From a virus (Duplodnaviria > Caudoviricetes), in the IMG/VR virus record IMGVR_UViG_3300044970_000368, positions 1 through 62,060 of that record: 62,060 nt of DNA, one strand, 5' to 3'. Shown here in pieces: positions 28,079 to 38,344 of this stretch; position 1 is the first letter of the stretch; each line of letters begins with the position of its first letter. The notes under the pieces were generated by a model. The model saw only the letters and a list, made by a program, of their open reading frames with translations, was not told where the DNA came from and made no database searches. A program made the position numbers and the translations under genes.

Positions 28079-28324
28079 AGATTAGAAAAATAATTGTAGA
28101 AAAATGTTGACACTCTGAGAGCCTGATAAAATCAAGCTCTGCGGTCATTGAAAAAACTGCCGCCGCAAAAACATTCCATCGGCATTTCAGTTTCCAAGCA
28201 AACATTGGAGCCGCATGATTCGGTTAGTCGTGCATTTTTGCGCTTCGATCCAGCTTTCTCAAAGGCGTTGCCAACGATATATTCCAGACTCTCGGATTGC
28301 ACAATCACGGCAGTTTTTTCAAAA

Positions 28325-28519
28325 TCAAATACCACTGATTTGCATTGCTGGCTCAGTGGTCAAGCCTCTGTAGATTTCCTGCCTCTGGCAGAGAACATTT
28401 TTGCGATGAGCAGACCAGTCGATCTCGTCAAAGTTTGAGCGAAACTTTTTACGATCCATCGGGCGTTCATCGTCGCCTTTCCCGTTCCTGTTCCACTCGG
28501 AATTTTTGATAGTGTCCAT
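28325..28519 (-). CDS. Hypothetical protein
   Basis: GKGDDERP...NFDEIDW. Confidence 0.6.
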   Translation of the reverse strand: MDTIKNSEWNRNGKGDDERPMDRKKFRSNFDEIDWSAHRKNVLCQRQEIYRGLTTEPAMQISGI

Positions 28520-28764
28520 TAGAATTCCTCCAAAATAATTTCAGCGTCTTCGATGGTGTCGAAGTAGCATTCCATCTCGCCAATGTCGCGTGTGTAGTCT
28601 GGTTGCTCTACATAATGCAGCAAGTCAGCAATGACCCGCTTGCACTCTTGGATTCTCTCACAGAGCGATGTTGGCCCTCGGTGGTCAACCCACTCAACGC
28701 CACACGATGGGCAATTGTGGGACAGGTCTTTCATGTCGGATGCGTGATCGGATATAATGCTCAT
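28519..28764 (-). CDS. Hypothetical Zn-finger protein
   Basis: CPSC..WVDH...C. Confidence 0.6.
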   Translation of the reverse strand: MSIISDHASDMKDLSHNCPSCGVEWVDHRGPTSLCERIQECKRVIADLLHYVEQPDYTRDIGEMECYFDTIEDAEIILEEF

Positions 28765-28839
28765 GTTTTTTTTCAAGAGTGAGTGCGCGAGGATTGAACT
28801 CACGCACTCCAACTAATTTTCGTCGCCAAACGTCTAAAC

Positions 28840-29091
28840 TTATTCTGGCTTCTCGTCGCCTTCCGCTGGCGTTTCTGCGGTGGCATTTGCCATGTCCGAG
28901 ATGGTTTTCTTTTCGAGAAGATACAGGGCAACTGTCATCTCAAAATTAAACCTCTTGAGACGATTGATGACATCGATGAACACTTCGTCTTTTGACACTG
29001 CGTCAATGTCAATGTCCTTCAAGACGTGTTCGATTGCCTTGACTTGATCCTCGCTGAATCCTTCTGCCTTTAGTTCTGTTTGCTCGCTCAT
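28840..29091 (-). CDS. Hypothetical protein
   Basis: 83-aa ORF. Confidence 0.55.
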   Translation of the reverse strand: MSEQTELKAEGFSEDQVKAIEHVLKDIDIDAVSKDEVFIDVINRLKRFNFEMTVALYLLEKKTISDMANATAETPAEGDEKPE

Positions 29092-29231
29092 TTTTTTATT
29101 GATTTTAGTTTGCTTGTTTTCTTGTTTTGTTTGGCTACCGACACATTCATGTTCGATAGCTTCTTCTTGGATTGCCCATTGGATATTACCATTGGCACTC
29201 CAAATTTGATGGTTGCTGATGTTGACATAAA

Positions 29232-29465
29232 TTATTTTTCCCGTTCTTCCAGCATTGCGTCTGCAAACTTGTATGCAAGTTGAGCTACTTCCTCCGCTGG
29301 AGCCTCCATAGCTTCCTCATCTGGATTTGCCAGTATTCCTTCAAGTGCGCGTCCAGCAAACCAGTCTCGCATTCCCATGCCAGAGTTTGGTCTAACTTTA
29401 GGTGTGTGTTGATCTCCTGCGTATGCCTGCACGGGGAATGCAGGGTGATTATTTATTTTTGCCAT
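29232..29465 (-). CDS. Conserved small phage protein
   Basis: PAFP...GMGMRDWFAGRAL...AYKFADAML. Confidence 0.8.
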   Translation of the reverse strand: MAKINNHPAFPVQAYAGDQHTPKVRPNSGMGMRDWFAGRALEGILANPDEEAMEAPAEEVAQLAYKFADAMLEEREK

Positions 29466-29800
29466 ATTCTATTCGTTTATAAATGGATTGTTTCTGCGGT
29501 ATTGGCCGTCAACACTGCGTCTTTCCTCCGTAGTTGTCCAGAACTTATCGCAAGCCCTGCTAACTTCGCCAGACAGCTTAACCAACCATGCGTCTGCTTT
29601 CTCCTCCATGCCAGATGAGTCTCCAGCACCCTTGGCCGAAAGCATCTTTAGTTTTTGACCTCGGTGCTTAGTCATTTTGTGTGATGAGGAATGTTAGTCC
29701 CGCAAGCAACGCAACTGGAGACAGGCACAAGAATGCCTGCCAGCAGTGCTGGAGCGTAACGAGGATCGGTGTATTGATGAATGTATCGATGATGTTCATA

Positions 29801-30058
29801 TTATTTTTTCTGTTCGGAAATTGAGCAAAGGATTTCGGAAAGTTGCATTTTCACGGCATGAAGGTCTTTGAAGTTTTGCTCTCTTTGAGTCCTTGCCTTT
29901 TCCCAATCTCCGTCCTTGACGTAGTAATCACGCGCATTGAATTCGACTGCTGCCAATTTTTCAATTGCAGCGTCAATGGCGTAGTAAGCATCGCTGTATC
30001 CCTCCAGAAGCATTCTTGCTGGAGTTCCGTTCATGTGAATTGTGGGTGTTGTTGTCAT
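29801..30058 (-). CDS. Conserved small phage protein
   Basis: PTIHMNGT...FNARDYY. Confidence 0.7.
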   Translation of the reverse strand: MTTTPTIHMNGTPARMLLEGYSDAYYAIDAAIEKLAAVEFNARDYYVKDGDWEKARTQREQNFKDLHAVKMQLSEILCSISEQKK

Positions 30059-30094
30059 ATATATTTATTGTGTATCGTCAGTGACGATGCCGCG

Positions 30095-30122
30095 AATCTA
30101 TAAGGTTATTCTCGCATGGCAA
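30095..30122 (-). promoter_or_regulatory. Putative promoter
   Basis: TTGCCA-16-TAGATT. Confidence 0.45.
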
Positions 30123-30130
30123 GAATTATT

Positions 30131-30760
30131 TTAGAAGTGCCGCTGCATCCACAATTCCTTCGCGTTCTCAACATCCATCGTTGGCTTGCCAATCCGCATA
30201 TTTACTGCGTTGTGCAGGTCAATACCCCACTCAAAAAATCTGTTCCAGTCTGGAGGATTTTCGCTCATCCACTCGTCAAGATGTTCCTTGCACGGACATC
30301 CATTAAACGGAATAGAATCGCGCCAATCGTTGAGCCAACCAGTCATGTTTTTTCCTGACCTGTGACGCAAGCCAAGGAGGTGAAGTTCTGCCCAGAACCT
30401 CGGCCCATTGAGAAGTATTGCTGGCACTTCGTCGCCTTGTTTGCGCTCCACTTCGTCACCTGCTCGCTGCACCCATTTGTTATGCTCGTCCCAATCAATT
30501 CCTGCCGCTTGACAAACAATGCGCTCGATTTGCGTTGCCGTTTGATGCTCGGAAACATCATTGCTGACCTCATCCTCTCGGATTCCAGCCTTGTTGCATA
30601 GCCACCCTTCTACCATCTGATGCAGATTGACGAGAAATGCGCCATCCTCGTTGCCGTAATCGGCTACAGAGCATTTAAGGTGTCCATTGGGCAACCATTC
30701 CCAATCTCCAGCCTTGACATACCGCATCGCAACTGGATCAATATTTTTAAGCGTGATCAT
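30131..30760 (-). CDS. Two-domain protein with a C-terminal Erv1/Alr-like sulfhydryl oxidase domain
   Basis: GPRFWAELH...GCPCKEHL...FFEWGIDLHNAVNMRIGKP. Confidence 0.75.
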   Translation of the reverse strand: MITLKNIDPVAMRYVKAGDWEWLPNGHLKCSVADYGNEDGAFLVNLHQMVEGWLCNKAGIREDEVSNDVSEHQTATQIERIVCQAAGIDWDEHNKWVQRAGDEVERKQGDEVPAILLNGPRFWAELHLLGLRHRSGKNMTGWLNDWRDSIPFNGCPCKEHLDEWMSENPPDWNRFFEWGIDLHNAVNMRIGKPTMDVENAKELWMQRHF

Positions 30761-30870
30761 TTGTCATCCCACCAGCAGGCAGCGGCAATGCAAAATCCAC
30801 CTGCGATAAAAGACGATATTGCAAGCACCAAAATTGTCCAAGTGTGAATCGTCATTAGAAAAACAATCCG

Positions 30871-31011
30871 TTACTTTTTCTTTTTGGATTTTGCCTTGCG
30901 TTGGACGCTGTATGCGATGGCAAGAGCCTGCTTGATTGGCTTTCCAGATTTGATTTCAGTTTTCAAATTGCGTGTGAAGCAATTTTGCGAGGCACATTTT
31001 CGTAATGGCAT
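30871..31011 (-). CDS. Small basic protein (46 aa, not in ORF track)
   Basis: MPLRKCASQNCFTRNLKTEIKSGKPIKQALAIAYS. Confidence 0.7.
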   Translation of the reverse strand: MPLRKCASQNCFTRNLKTEIKSGKPIKQALAIAYSVQRKAKSKKKK

Positions 31012-31015
31012 AGTG

Positions 31016-31216
31016 TTATTCTTCTCTGTCAAGTTCTGTGTCGAATTCAGCTAACTCATACATTTCGTCCATGTCACCATTGGCATAGTCTTCTGTTAGC
31101 TGAATTATTTTTTCTTCTGATATTTTTTTGGGGTTGTAGAATACATATTCATCTTGAACAGGAATCATCTCCCATCCTTCTGGCCCCTCTTCTTTGTCAG
31201 TTACAAGTATGTTCAT
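31016..31216 (-). CDS. Acidic hypothetical protein
   Basis: Start overlaps the stop of the giant ORF. Confidence 0.6.
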   Translation of the reverse strand: MNILVTDKEEGPEGWEMIPVQDEYVFYNPKKISEEKIIQLTEDYANGDMDEMYELAEFDTELDREE

Positions 31217-34200
31217 TTTAGTATTAATGGTATTTTTGATTTTTTCATTGTCCCAACAATGGTTTCTTTGCTGCCTTCTCTAACTGTTTTCTTGGGATGA
31301 CTGCTTGCGTAGTCAGGAAAAAGTTTAACTGGATCAGCGGGTGTTTCAAGAATAAAATTATTGGCATCCTCTGGCCCAAGCATCATCCAGTCGTAGGAAG
31401 GATGTATTCTGAATTGTGGATTTTTCAAAAATTCATCACGAAGATATCTTTCAGTGGCACTCATTTTAGCCTCTTGCTTTGGATCATCTCCAGTATAGAT
31501 AGCAAAGGCATCCATATCTTTTGATAATTGAACCGCTGCAACAATATCCAAGTTTTTACCTTTATTGAAATCCATTGACTCTAACAATCGTTGTGCAATT
31601 GAGGGAATGAATGGTATTCCACTAATCCTGTCCATTGCGCTTCCACGTTGGTTGAATGTGAATTTAGACGCTTCTTCTGCAAATGTTTTGTTTTTATATT
31701 TATTAACAATTTTTTTATACCAATCTTGATCCTTGTATTTGCTAATATGCTCATCAAATGCTTTATCGAAAGCAGCAATATTTCCTTTTGTTGCTTGGGA
31801 TTTCATTGATCCAAGTGCGCTTAAAAAATCTGAACTTGGTTTATATTTTTCAATGTTTTCGTTTTCAAATCTTTCAATTAAATTAAATTCAGATTGAGTT
31901 ATTTCATTATCTTTTAATAATTTTTGAGCTTTTTTGTATCGTTTTAAATGCTTATCTGGATTTTTTGCTCCAAGTTCAAGAATAACGTGCAACGCATCAA
32001 GTCGTTCTTGCGGTATTGATGTAGACATTGAATCAACTTCAGACATTACATCTTGAACAAATTTGCGATTGCTCTTATGCGCCTTTTCTTTCATCAACTG
32101 GATAAGTGCCATTCCAGAAGTTGTATTCTTAATAACATTTTTTGCTCTTGTAACAAAAGCGGCAGTCATATTTGCCCAAACAGGCTTAAACCCTCTTCCA
32201 TCTGGCAATTTAGCTACAGCTTGATTTGATACAAGCCAAGGATGCAATGGCCCACCCATATTTGATCCTCTTGTGTTGTGCCTGTCAGCTTCCAACATTG
32301 CAACTTGTTCTCCTCCAATTGAAGATATTCCAGCAACATTTGGAAGAACAGTTGTTTGTGGGTCTAATTCGTATTCAATAACTCGACCATCCTCTGTGGG
32401 ATTTGTCGCTATTTTAAAGTATCCTCTTTCTGGAGTTTCAGATGGCAATTTCCCATCAACAGAATGCGTGAAATCTGGTTCAATTTCTCTCTCTAATTCT
32501 TTTTTTGCTGTCTTTGGTTTTTTACCTTCGTCACGCTCTGGCATGAACTGAATGCCACTCAATGGTTGCTTCGTTGGCAACTCGCCAGCAACAGGCTTAT
32601 CGTTCTTGTCAAGAATTGTGATTATATTTTCGTCAAATACGACGTAGTTGTGAGTTGGTGCTGTCTCCGCACTTTTAATTTGTCTTTCAAGAGCAGCGAG
32701 TTCTTGTTCGCTTGAAGTTAGCCAGTCTTCAAATTGCTTCCGCATTTCCCAATCTCTTGGGTTATTTTCAAGTGTTTTTCTTAATTGCGGAACTTCTTTA
32801 AGAAGCTCGTTCCGACGATTGATGTCGGAGGCACTTGTTCTACTCATGCCGTCAAGGTAGCGTATGCCGGGAATGCCTGCTGCAAGCAATGCTTCAGATG
32901 CTCGCTTCTCTGGAGTTCCTTGCGCGCTTTCTCCAAAGCTATCTGAAATCAAAGCGTAGAGCGATCCACCTTTTGTTTTTAATTTATTTAACTGTGCATC
33001 AGCAATTTCTTTTGGAGTGCGCTCCTTGATAAGTTGTATCAATGAATCACGAACACTTTCTGGTTGCTCACTCAATGGCTTATCCCAATCAAGTAAGTCT
33101 TCGTCTTTTACATCGATATCGACTTTGTAGAGGTTGCCTTGTTCAAATGTAATTTCTTTTTTGGATTTAATTTGGTTTAACGCATCATTGAACTTTTTGG
33201 CGTATTCTAAACCACCTTGTTCAACTGTATAAGGCTCACCTTTTTCAGAATCTTTTTGCAGTGTTTTTCCAATTTGTTTTGCTCTGTTTATTCCTTGATG
33301 GTAAACTAATGAAATTGCATGGCGAATTGGATTTTTGTAATCGTCGCTTCGCAATGACATTCCTTTCCATTCATATACTCCGGGCGAATTCCAATCGGTT
33401 AGTTTCTCTTTGTATTCTTGAGCAACCTTTCTCGCCTGTGCAAAGTAAAGCCCCCATCCATACGCTTGCGCTCCTTCGCCAGTTCCGATGTTTGCCAGCT
33501 TGAACTTGTCCACTTCAAATGGAGTGCCATGATATGCAGGAAGAAAATTGATGAGTCCAGCGGATGACACTAAAGCGTTGGAGAATGGCTTGATTACTGC
33601 GTCAGCTTCTGGTTTTGCACTTGTTTGAAAATCAGCGGGTTTGATTGTGTCAGCACCTATCATCTCAGAACTTTGTGGTTTTTCCGAGATAGTAGGTTCC
33701 ATTTCCACCATGTTGCTGTGTAGAACGCCTCTATCAGCATTGAACCTGTCTTCCTCGCTGGTTGCCTCTTTAAGCTGTCCAGATTCCTCGGCAATACGAT
33801 ATGCCTCCTCACGATCTACAACGCGCCCTGTGTCTGTTTTAAATCCATAGTAACGGGATTCACGATCAGTCTGCTCATCAGGCGCATTTGGATTGGCCAC
33901 CTTGTGATTTACACCTTCACGGACTTCGCCAGTGCGAGGATCGGTGTAGGTTGCAGAAACGATGCGTTCTTGGTCTGCTGGTTTTTCTTGCCTAAAATCA
34001 ATTACAGGAATTTCAGTTATTCCAAGTTCTTTTGCTGCAATTGCACGATGTCTTCCATCCTCTTTTCCATCTTGATAAATTGCAAGAGGATCAAGTTTGC
34101 GTCCTTCTTGCATCATGTTTTTTAGATCGTCAATGTTATCCCGCGATGCTTCGTCAATTTCAAGCGGTTTTACTTGAGACAAAAACTCGTCTGGTGACAT

Positions 34201-37200
34201 TTTTACAATTTTTCCACCACGTTTTGCGTAATCTTCGTTGGAATACCACTTTCCTTTTTCTTCAATTGGATATTTGGTTTTTTGTGTAACTTCACCTTCC
34301 ATGCGTTCTGGCATGAAGTTGATTTTAGCAAATCCGTAGTTGACTGGAAGTTTTGTTGCGTTCTCGTTTGGAATCAATTCAGCAATGTGGTCAACGCGAA
34401 TTGACATGATTGTGCGATTCGGGTCTTTGCCGCGAGGATCACCTTTGCGACGAGGAATTTTTGTCCTTTCAAGATTAGTGTATTCCGTTGCCTTGTCGTA
34501 AAGATTAAGAAGATCGTTGAAAATTACTGATTTTGCTTCTGCTATTTTTGGATCAGCATCAAGGTCTGTTTTGCCGGGTTTTCCAGCTTCCCAGTTTTTA
34601 AGATACTTAACAAAATCATCAAATGTGCGCTCAAGGTTATTATCCCAGAAGCGCAAGCGTCCCGGCATACGCTCATTCCACAAGCGCATTTTATCAAATA
34701 TGCGTCCAACAGAAATTGTGGTTACAAGGAAATTGCCCTTGCTCGATAAGTGCATTCCGATTGGCACAAGATCATACATCTTTGGCGAGAATGCTTGATA
34801 CTTGCCATTGTCGTTCATTACTGCCGCATAATCCACGATGAACCTTGTTCCGTCTCCACGAACGATGGCATCGTTGATTTTAAGCATATGCTCCTTGAGT
34901 GTCCTTGGAACAAGACTTTCTGGCATATCCTTGATAGCTTGAATCTGAAGCGGAGTGAATGTTCCTCGATACGTTTCCGATCCTTCCTCAACAGGTTCAA
35001 AACGATTAGGTGTCCCGTAATCATCAGTATCCAGTGCCTCTGTAATCAGCTTTTTGCGGTCTGCATCAATTTTTTTTGCGTCCTTCGGCTCATACATGAC
35101 AGGAGTTACCCCATCTGGTTCCATGACCAAATCACGCGAGACAACAAGAGTTCCACCTTCGGGAACTTGCAATCCTTGCGCTTCCGCTGGAATGTCGCCA
35201 TATCCAGAAAGTTTCTTCATTCCAACATCAGTGCTTTGGAATGTTCCTTCCCGTGGATTGGGCGTTGTCACAGGCATTGACTCGCCAACCTGATTGCCGT
35301 CCTTGTCGAATACCTTGAATTTAAATTCTGTTTTGAATAGCGGAGAATCTTTGCCGAAACGCTCAATCAACGCAGAGTTTTTCATCATCTGCGCCTTGCT
35401 GATAGCAGGCATATCAGCTTCTTGCGCTGGAGGCGAAATTTCGCCATTTAAAGAAACTATCTGGCGCATTGCATCTCTTGCTGCCGCCATCGCTTCTGGC
35501 GGGAATTCTGCGCGTGTATTAGCGGCAGTAACAATGTCACCTCGTCCTCCAAGTCCGTAAAAACGATCAATTGCACGATCCAGCAGGTTTTTCTTTGCCT
35601 TGATCCTTGCACGATCCCACATGGCAAGTGTTGCGGAATCCAAGTCATTTGAAAGATGTCTACTGGATACTTCGCCAAGCAAGTCTGCCATGACTTCGCT
35701 TTTCATGTAGTTGGCAACCTTGTTTTCATCCAACTGACCACGGGATTCATCCCAAAGATTGTTCAGCTTTGAAAACGCTTCTCTTCCTTGCGGGTCTAAA
35801 TGGCGAAGGTATCCATCATTGAAAAGTTCAACGAGTTTTGCCTTGGAGAAAATACCAGAAGTTGTAGCCTTGATGTTTCCAGCGGCATCGCGGATTTCGT
35901 TTTGGAAAAGCATTGAACGCACTGGAGCAAGTGCTTCTTGGAATTCTGGCACAACATCCATGAAGTGCGATGTTTCGTGAACCAATGCTTCGGTTGGTGA
36001 TTCACCAAACAACTTGATGCGCTCACGAATGGAGTCTGCATTGATAACAATCGATGGTTTTCTGCGGTCAAATGCAAGCCCTTGTTGTGCGGGATTTGAA
36101 TAAAATCCAGCTTGGCTTGCCATCTGTGCAAGATCAGCGTCTGGAACATTGCTGTTTGCTGGATCATTACGCAACTTTTGATAAATTTGATCAGTCGAAA
36201 GAACATTGAACCCAACATTGTTCTGACCACTCTTCATAACACCATTGGTAATGTCTTGAAGGTTTGCGTATGTCTTCAAAAACTCCCTGCCAAATTCATT
36301 GCGCGTTTGCACATTGGCGCGTTTAACGTGATCAAGTGCAATCTTGTTTTTTTCCACTTCCGATTGAGCAAGTTTGATTTTTTTAGCATCTTCCGCTGAA
36401 CCCTTGTAAGCTGCCATCAAGTTTGCAAGGTCAGATTCACTTTCGTTCAGCTTTGTTTCTCTTGCAGAAATAGCATTATCAAAGTCAGAAATTTGATCCA
36501 AGTTTGCTTGGGTTTCTGGATCAGCTTCTTGATACCTGCGATGGATGCGAGAATCGTCTGAAATACGCTCGCGTTGCTCAATGATAGGGTCATTGCCCAT
36601 CATCTTGCCCTTGATATGCTGCAATGCGCGTCCACCAAGAGTGATTGCAAGCCCATCGGCAAGCATCTGCTTCATCTCCTCTGGATCAGCGGACTCTAAT
36701 GCTCCAGTAGCAAGAGCAAGCGTAGTTCCGTGGATTCCAGTTTTTGCATACTCAACGGAGTTGGAAAGAATGTTATCAATCGTTTTTCCTCCACGGGAAA
36801 GAATTTTAGCCTTCAATGCCGATCCTTCAGCGGATTTGCCGAGTGTCTCAAATGTCTTGCCAAGAGGTGCAACCTTGCGAGCCTCGGCAAGCTCACGCAC
36901 AAATGTTGGAATTTCAAGTCCAACCTTTGTTCCTTTCAACACTCCCCTTGCAGCAACTCCACCAATAACACCGCTCAAAATTCCAGTAACTGGAGATTCA
37001 TCAGAAACGCTATAACCAGCAATGCCGCCAAGGACAGGAGTAGTAATGTTGCCAAGAATTTTATTTACTTTTTCTGCGGCAGGTTTCCATCCCTCAATCG
37101 CTTTTTCAATCTTGCCTGCACCTTGAGCAACCGCTTCTGCTCGCTCTGTGCGTTTTTTAAGCATTTCTGCAAATTGAGATTTTCGTAATGCTTGTGCTGC

Positions 37201-38343
37201 CTTGTTGATTTCAGCAATTTCATCAGCGGATTTGCCAATGTATTTCAATCCTTTTGCGATGCCTGTTCCTGCCTTTGCAACCGCTGAAACAGCACCCATT
37301 GTTCCCATGCCAAGCTCACCGGGAAGCAAGAACTCACCAGCAATTCTTACGCGAGCATTTTCTTCTGGCAATTCAGACTCCATATCAGAAGTCAAATTAT
37401 CAATTTGCTCACGCGCCATCGCATCTTGTTGAACTTTTGCTTCTTCAACAGAAATATTGTCTCTTACTGCCAATTCTTCTGGCGATTCCATTTGCGATTT
37501 TGCAATGTATGAAAGCGCATCTTTTGCCAACGGATTATCAAGCATCCTACTATAAACAGTTGGATGTTCACGGAAGTATTCAGCTTGAGCTTGCGAAACT
37601 AACCTTCGTCCTTTCCAGCGTTCAAATCGATCTTCTGGATTTACCAAGCCAAGTTTTTCACCAGCAGCATCCGCCCAACCAAAACCACCTTCTTGTGCTT
37701 TTGCTGTTGCCCATGCTACGCTTTCTGGAATCTCAAAAGCTGGAGCCATGAACGAGTAGAATGAACTTTTAGCTTTCTTTAAGTTTTTATAAAATTCCTC
37801 ATCACTAACAGTCATGTCACTTGCTTTAATAGCATCGCGTCCAAATTCAGCAGCACCAAGAGGAACTTTTACTCCAAGTTTTGCTACATTTTTAACAACG
37901 TCAAATGCATCTCCTCCAAGATTATACCAATCTTCCCAAGATGTAGGAACTGATGGCATCTTTGACTTTTCAACCTCAAAAATGCGCCTTGATTGAGCGT
38001 CATCAAGCGGAATATCTTTGCGAGCTTGAGCTACCTTGTATTGCTCATCGTCGCTTAATGCGTTGAACAAATTTTTTTCTTCATCGTCAAGCTCGTTTGA
38101 ACGTTTATTTGAAATAAGTCCAAGGAAAATATCTCCGCTGGATTTTTGCGTTGGAGCAGGTTCTAACCACCTTTCGGCAGACTCAAAAAAATCACCTTGC
38201 GGTTCTTCAACTGGAGCTTGTTGTGGTTCTGCCGAAACCTCCTGCTTAACATCTTCAAGAACGCTTGCTGGCTTTTCTTCTTGAGGTTGTTGAGATAGTT
38301 CCGCTTCGACTTCTGCCTTGATTTCGTCAAGAATGCTTGCCAT
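31213..38343 (-). CDS. Giant polyvalent/ejection protein with metallopeptidase, ParB-like and ADP-ribosyltransferase-like domains
   Basis: HETSH; DGRHRAIAAKELG..EIPV; YHGT...GEGAQAYGWGLYF...YVVFD. Confidence 0.8.
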   Translation of the reverse strand: MASILDEIKAEVEAELSQQPQEEKPASVLEDVKQEVSAEPQQAPVEEPQGDFFESAERWLEPAPTQKSSGDIFLGLISNKRSNELDDEEKNLFNALSDDEQYKVAQARKDIPLDDAQSRRIFEVEKSKMPSVPTSWEDWYNLGGDAFDVVKNVAKLGVKVPLGAAEFGRDAIKASDMTVSDEEFYKNLKKAKSSFYSFMAPAFEIPESVAWATAKAQEGGFGWADAAGEKLGLVNPEDRFERWKGRRLVSQAQAEYFREHPTVYSRMLDNPLAKDALSYIAKSQMESPEELAVRDNISVEEAKVQQDAMAREQIDNLTSDMESELPEENARVRIAGEFLLPGELGMGTMGAVSAVAKAGTGIAKGLKYIGKSADEIAEINKAAQALRKSQFAEMLKKRTERAEAVAQGAGKIEKAIEGWKPAAEKVNKILGNITTPVLGGIAGYSVSDESPVTGILSGVIGGVAARGVLKGTKVGLEIPTFVRELAEARKVAPLGKTFETLGKSAEGSALKAKILSRGGKTIDNILSNSVEYAKTGIHGTTLALATGALESADPEEMKQMLADGLAITLGGRALQHIKGKMMGNDPIIEQRERISDDSRIHRRYQEADPETQANLDQISDFDNAISARETKLNESESDLANLMAAYKGSAEDAKKIKLAQSEVEKNKIALDHVKRANVQTRNEFGREFLKTYANLQDITNGVMKSGQNNVGFNVLSTDQIYQKLRNDPANSNVPDADLAQMASQAGFYSNPAQQGLAFDRRKPSIVINADSIRERIKLFGESPTEALVHETSHFMDVVPEFQEALAPVRSMLFQNEIRDAAGNIKATTSGIFSKAKLVELFNDGYLRHLDPQGREAFSKLNNLWDESRGQLDENKVANYMKSEVMADLLGEVSSRHLSNDLDSATLAMWDRARIKAKKNLLDRAIDRFYGLGGRGDIVTAANTRAEFPPEAMAAARDAMRQIVSLNGEISPPAQEADMPAISKAQMMKNSALIERFGKDSPLFKTEFKFKVFDKDGNQVGESMPVTTPNPREGTFQSTDVGMKKLSGYGDIPAEAQGLQVPEGGTLVVSRDLVMEPDGVTPVMYEPKDAKKIDADRKKLITEALDTDDYGTPNRFEPVEEGSETYRGTFTPLQIQAIKDMPESLVPRTLKEHMLKINDAIVRGDGTRFIVDYAAVMNDNGKYQAFSPKMYDLVPIGMHLSSKGNFLVTTISVGRIFDKMRLWNERMPGRLRFWDNNLERTFDDFVKYLKNWEAGKPGKTDLDADPKIAEAKSVIFNDLLNLYDKATEYTNLERTKIPRRKGDPRGKDPNRTIMSIRVDHIAELIPNENATKLPVNYGFAKINFMPERMEGEVTQKTKYPIEEKGKWYSNEDYAKRGGKIVKMSPDEFLSQVKPLEIDEASRDNIDDLKNMMQEGRKLDPLAIYQDGKEDGRHRAIAAKELGITEIPVIDFRQEKPADQERIVSATYTDPRTGEVREGVNHKVANPNAPDEQTDRESRYYGFKTDTGRVVDREEAYRIAEESGQLKEATSEEDRFNADRGVLHSNMVEMEPTISEKPQSSEMIGADTIKPADFQTSAKPEADAVIKPFSNALVSSAGLINFLPAYHGTPFEVDKFKLANIGTGEGAQAYGWGLYFAQARKVAQEYKEKLTDWNSPGVYEWKGMSLRSDDYKNPIRHAISLVYHQGINRAKQIGKTLQKDSEKGEPYTVEQGGLEYAKKFNDALNQIKSKKEITFEQGNLYKVDIDVKDEDLLDWDKPLSEQPESVRDSLIQLIKERTPKEIADAQLNKLKTKGGSLYALISDSFGESAQGTPEKRASEALLAAGIPGIRYLDGMSRTSASDINRRNELLKEVPQLRKTLENNPRDWEMRKQFEDWLTSSEQELAALERQIKSAETAPTHNYVVFDENIITILDKNDKPVAGELPTKQPLSGIQFMPERDEGKKPKTAKKELEREIEPDFTHSVDGKLPSETPERGYFKIATNPTEDGRVIEYELDPQTTVLPNVAGISSIGGEQVAMLEADRHNTRGSNMGGPLHPWLVSNQAVAKLPDGRGFKPVWANMTAAFVTRAKNVIKNTTSGMALIQLMKEKAHKSNRKFVQDVMSEVDSMSTSIPQERLDALHVILELGAKNPDKHLKRYKKAQKLLKDNEITQSEFNLIERFENENIEKYKPSSDFLSALGSMKSQATKGNIAAFDKAFDEHISKYKDQDWYKKIVNKYKNKTFAEEASKFTFNQRGSAMDRISGIPFIPSIAQRLLESMDFNKGKNLDIVAAVQLSKDMDAFAIYTGDDPKQEAKMSATERYLRDEFLKNPQFRIHPSYDWMMLGPEDANNFILETPADPVKLFPDYASSHPKKTVREGSKETIVGTMKKSKIPLILK

Positions 38344-38344
38344 T

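Noticed and set aside
28107-28132. + strand promoter TTGACA..TAAAAT
   Set aside because: The spacer is only 14 bp
28770-28840. tRNA gene or attP site
   Set aside because: Only a T-loop hairpin, with no cloverleaf and no integrase in the genome
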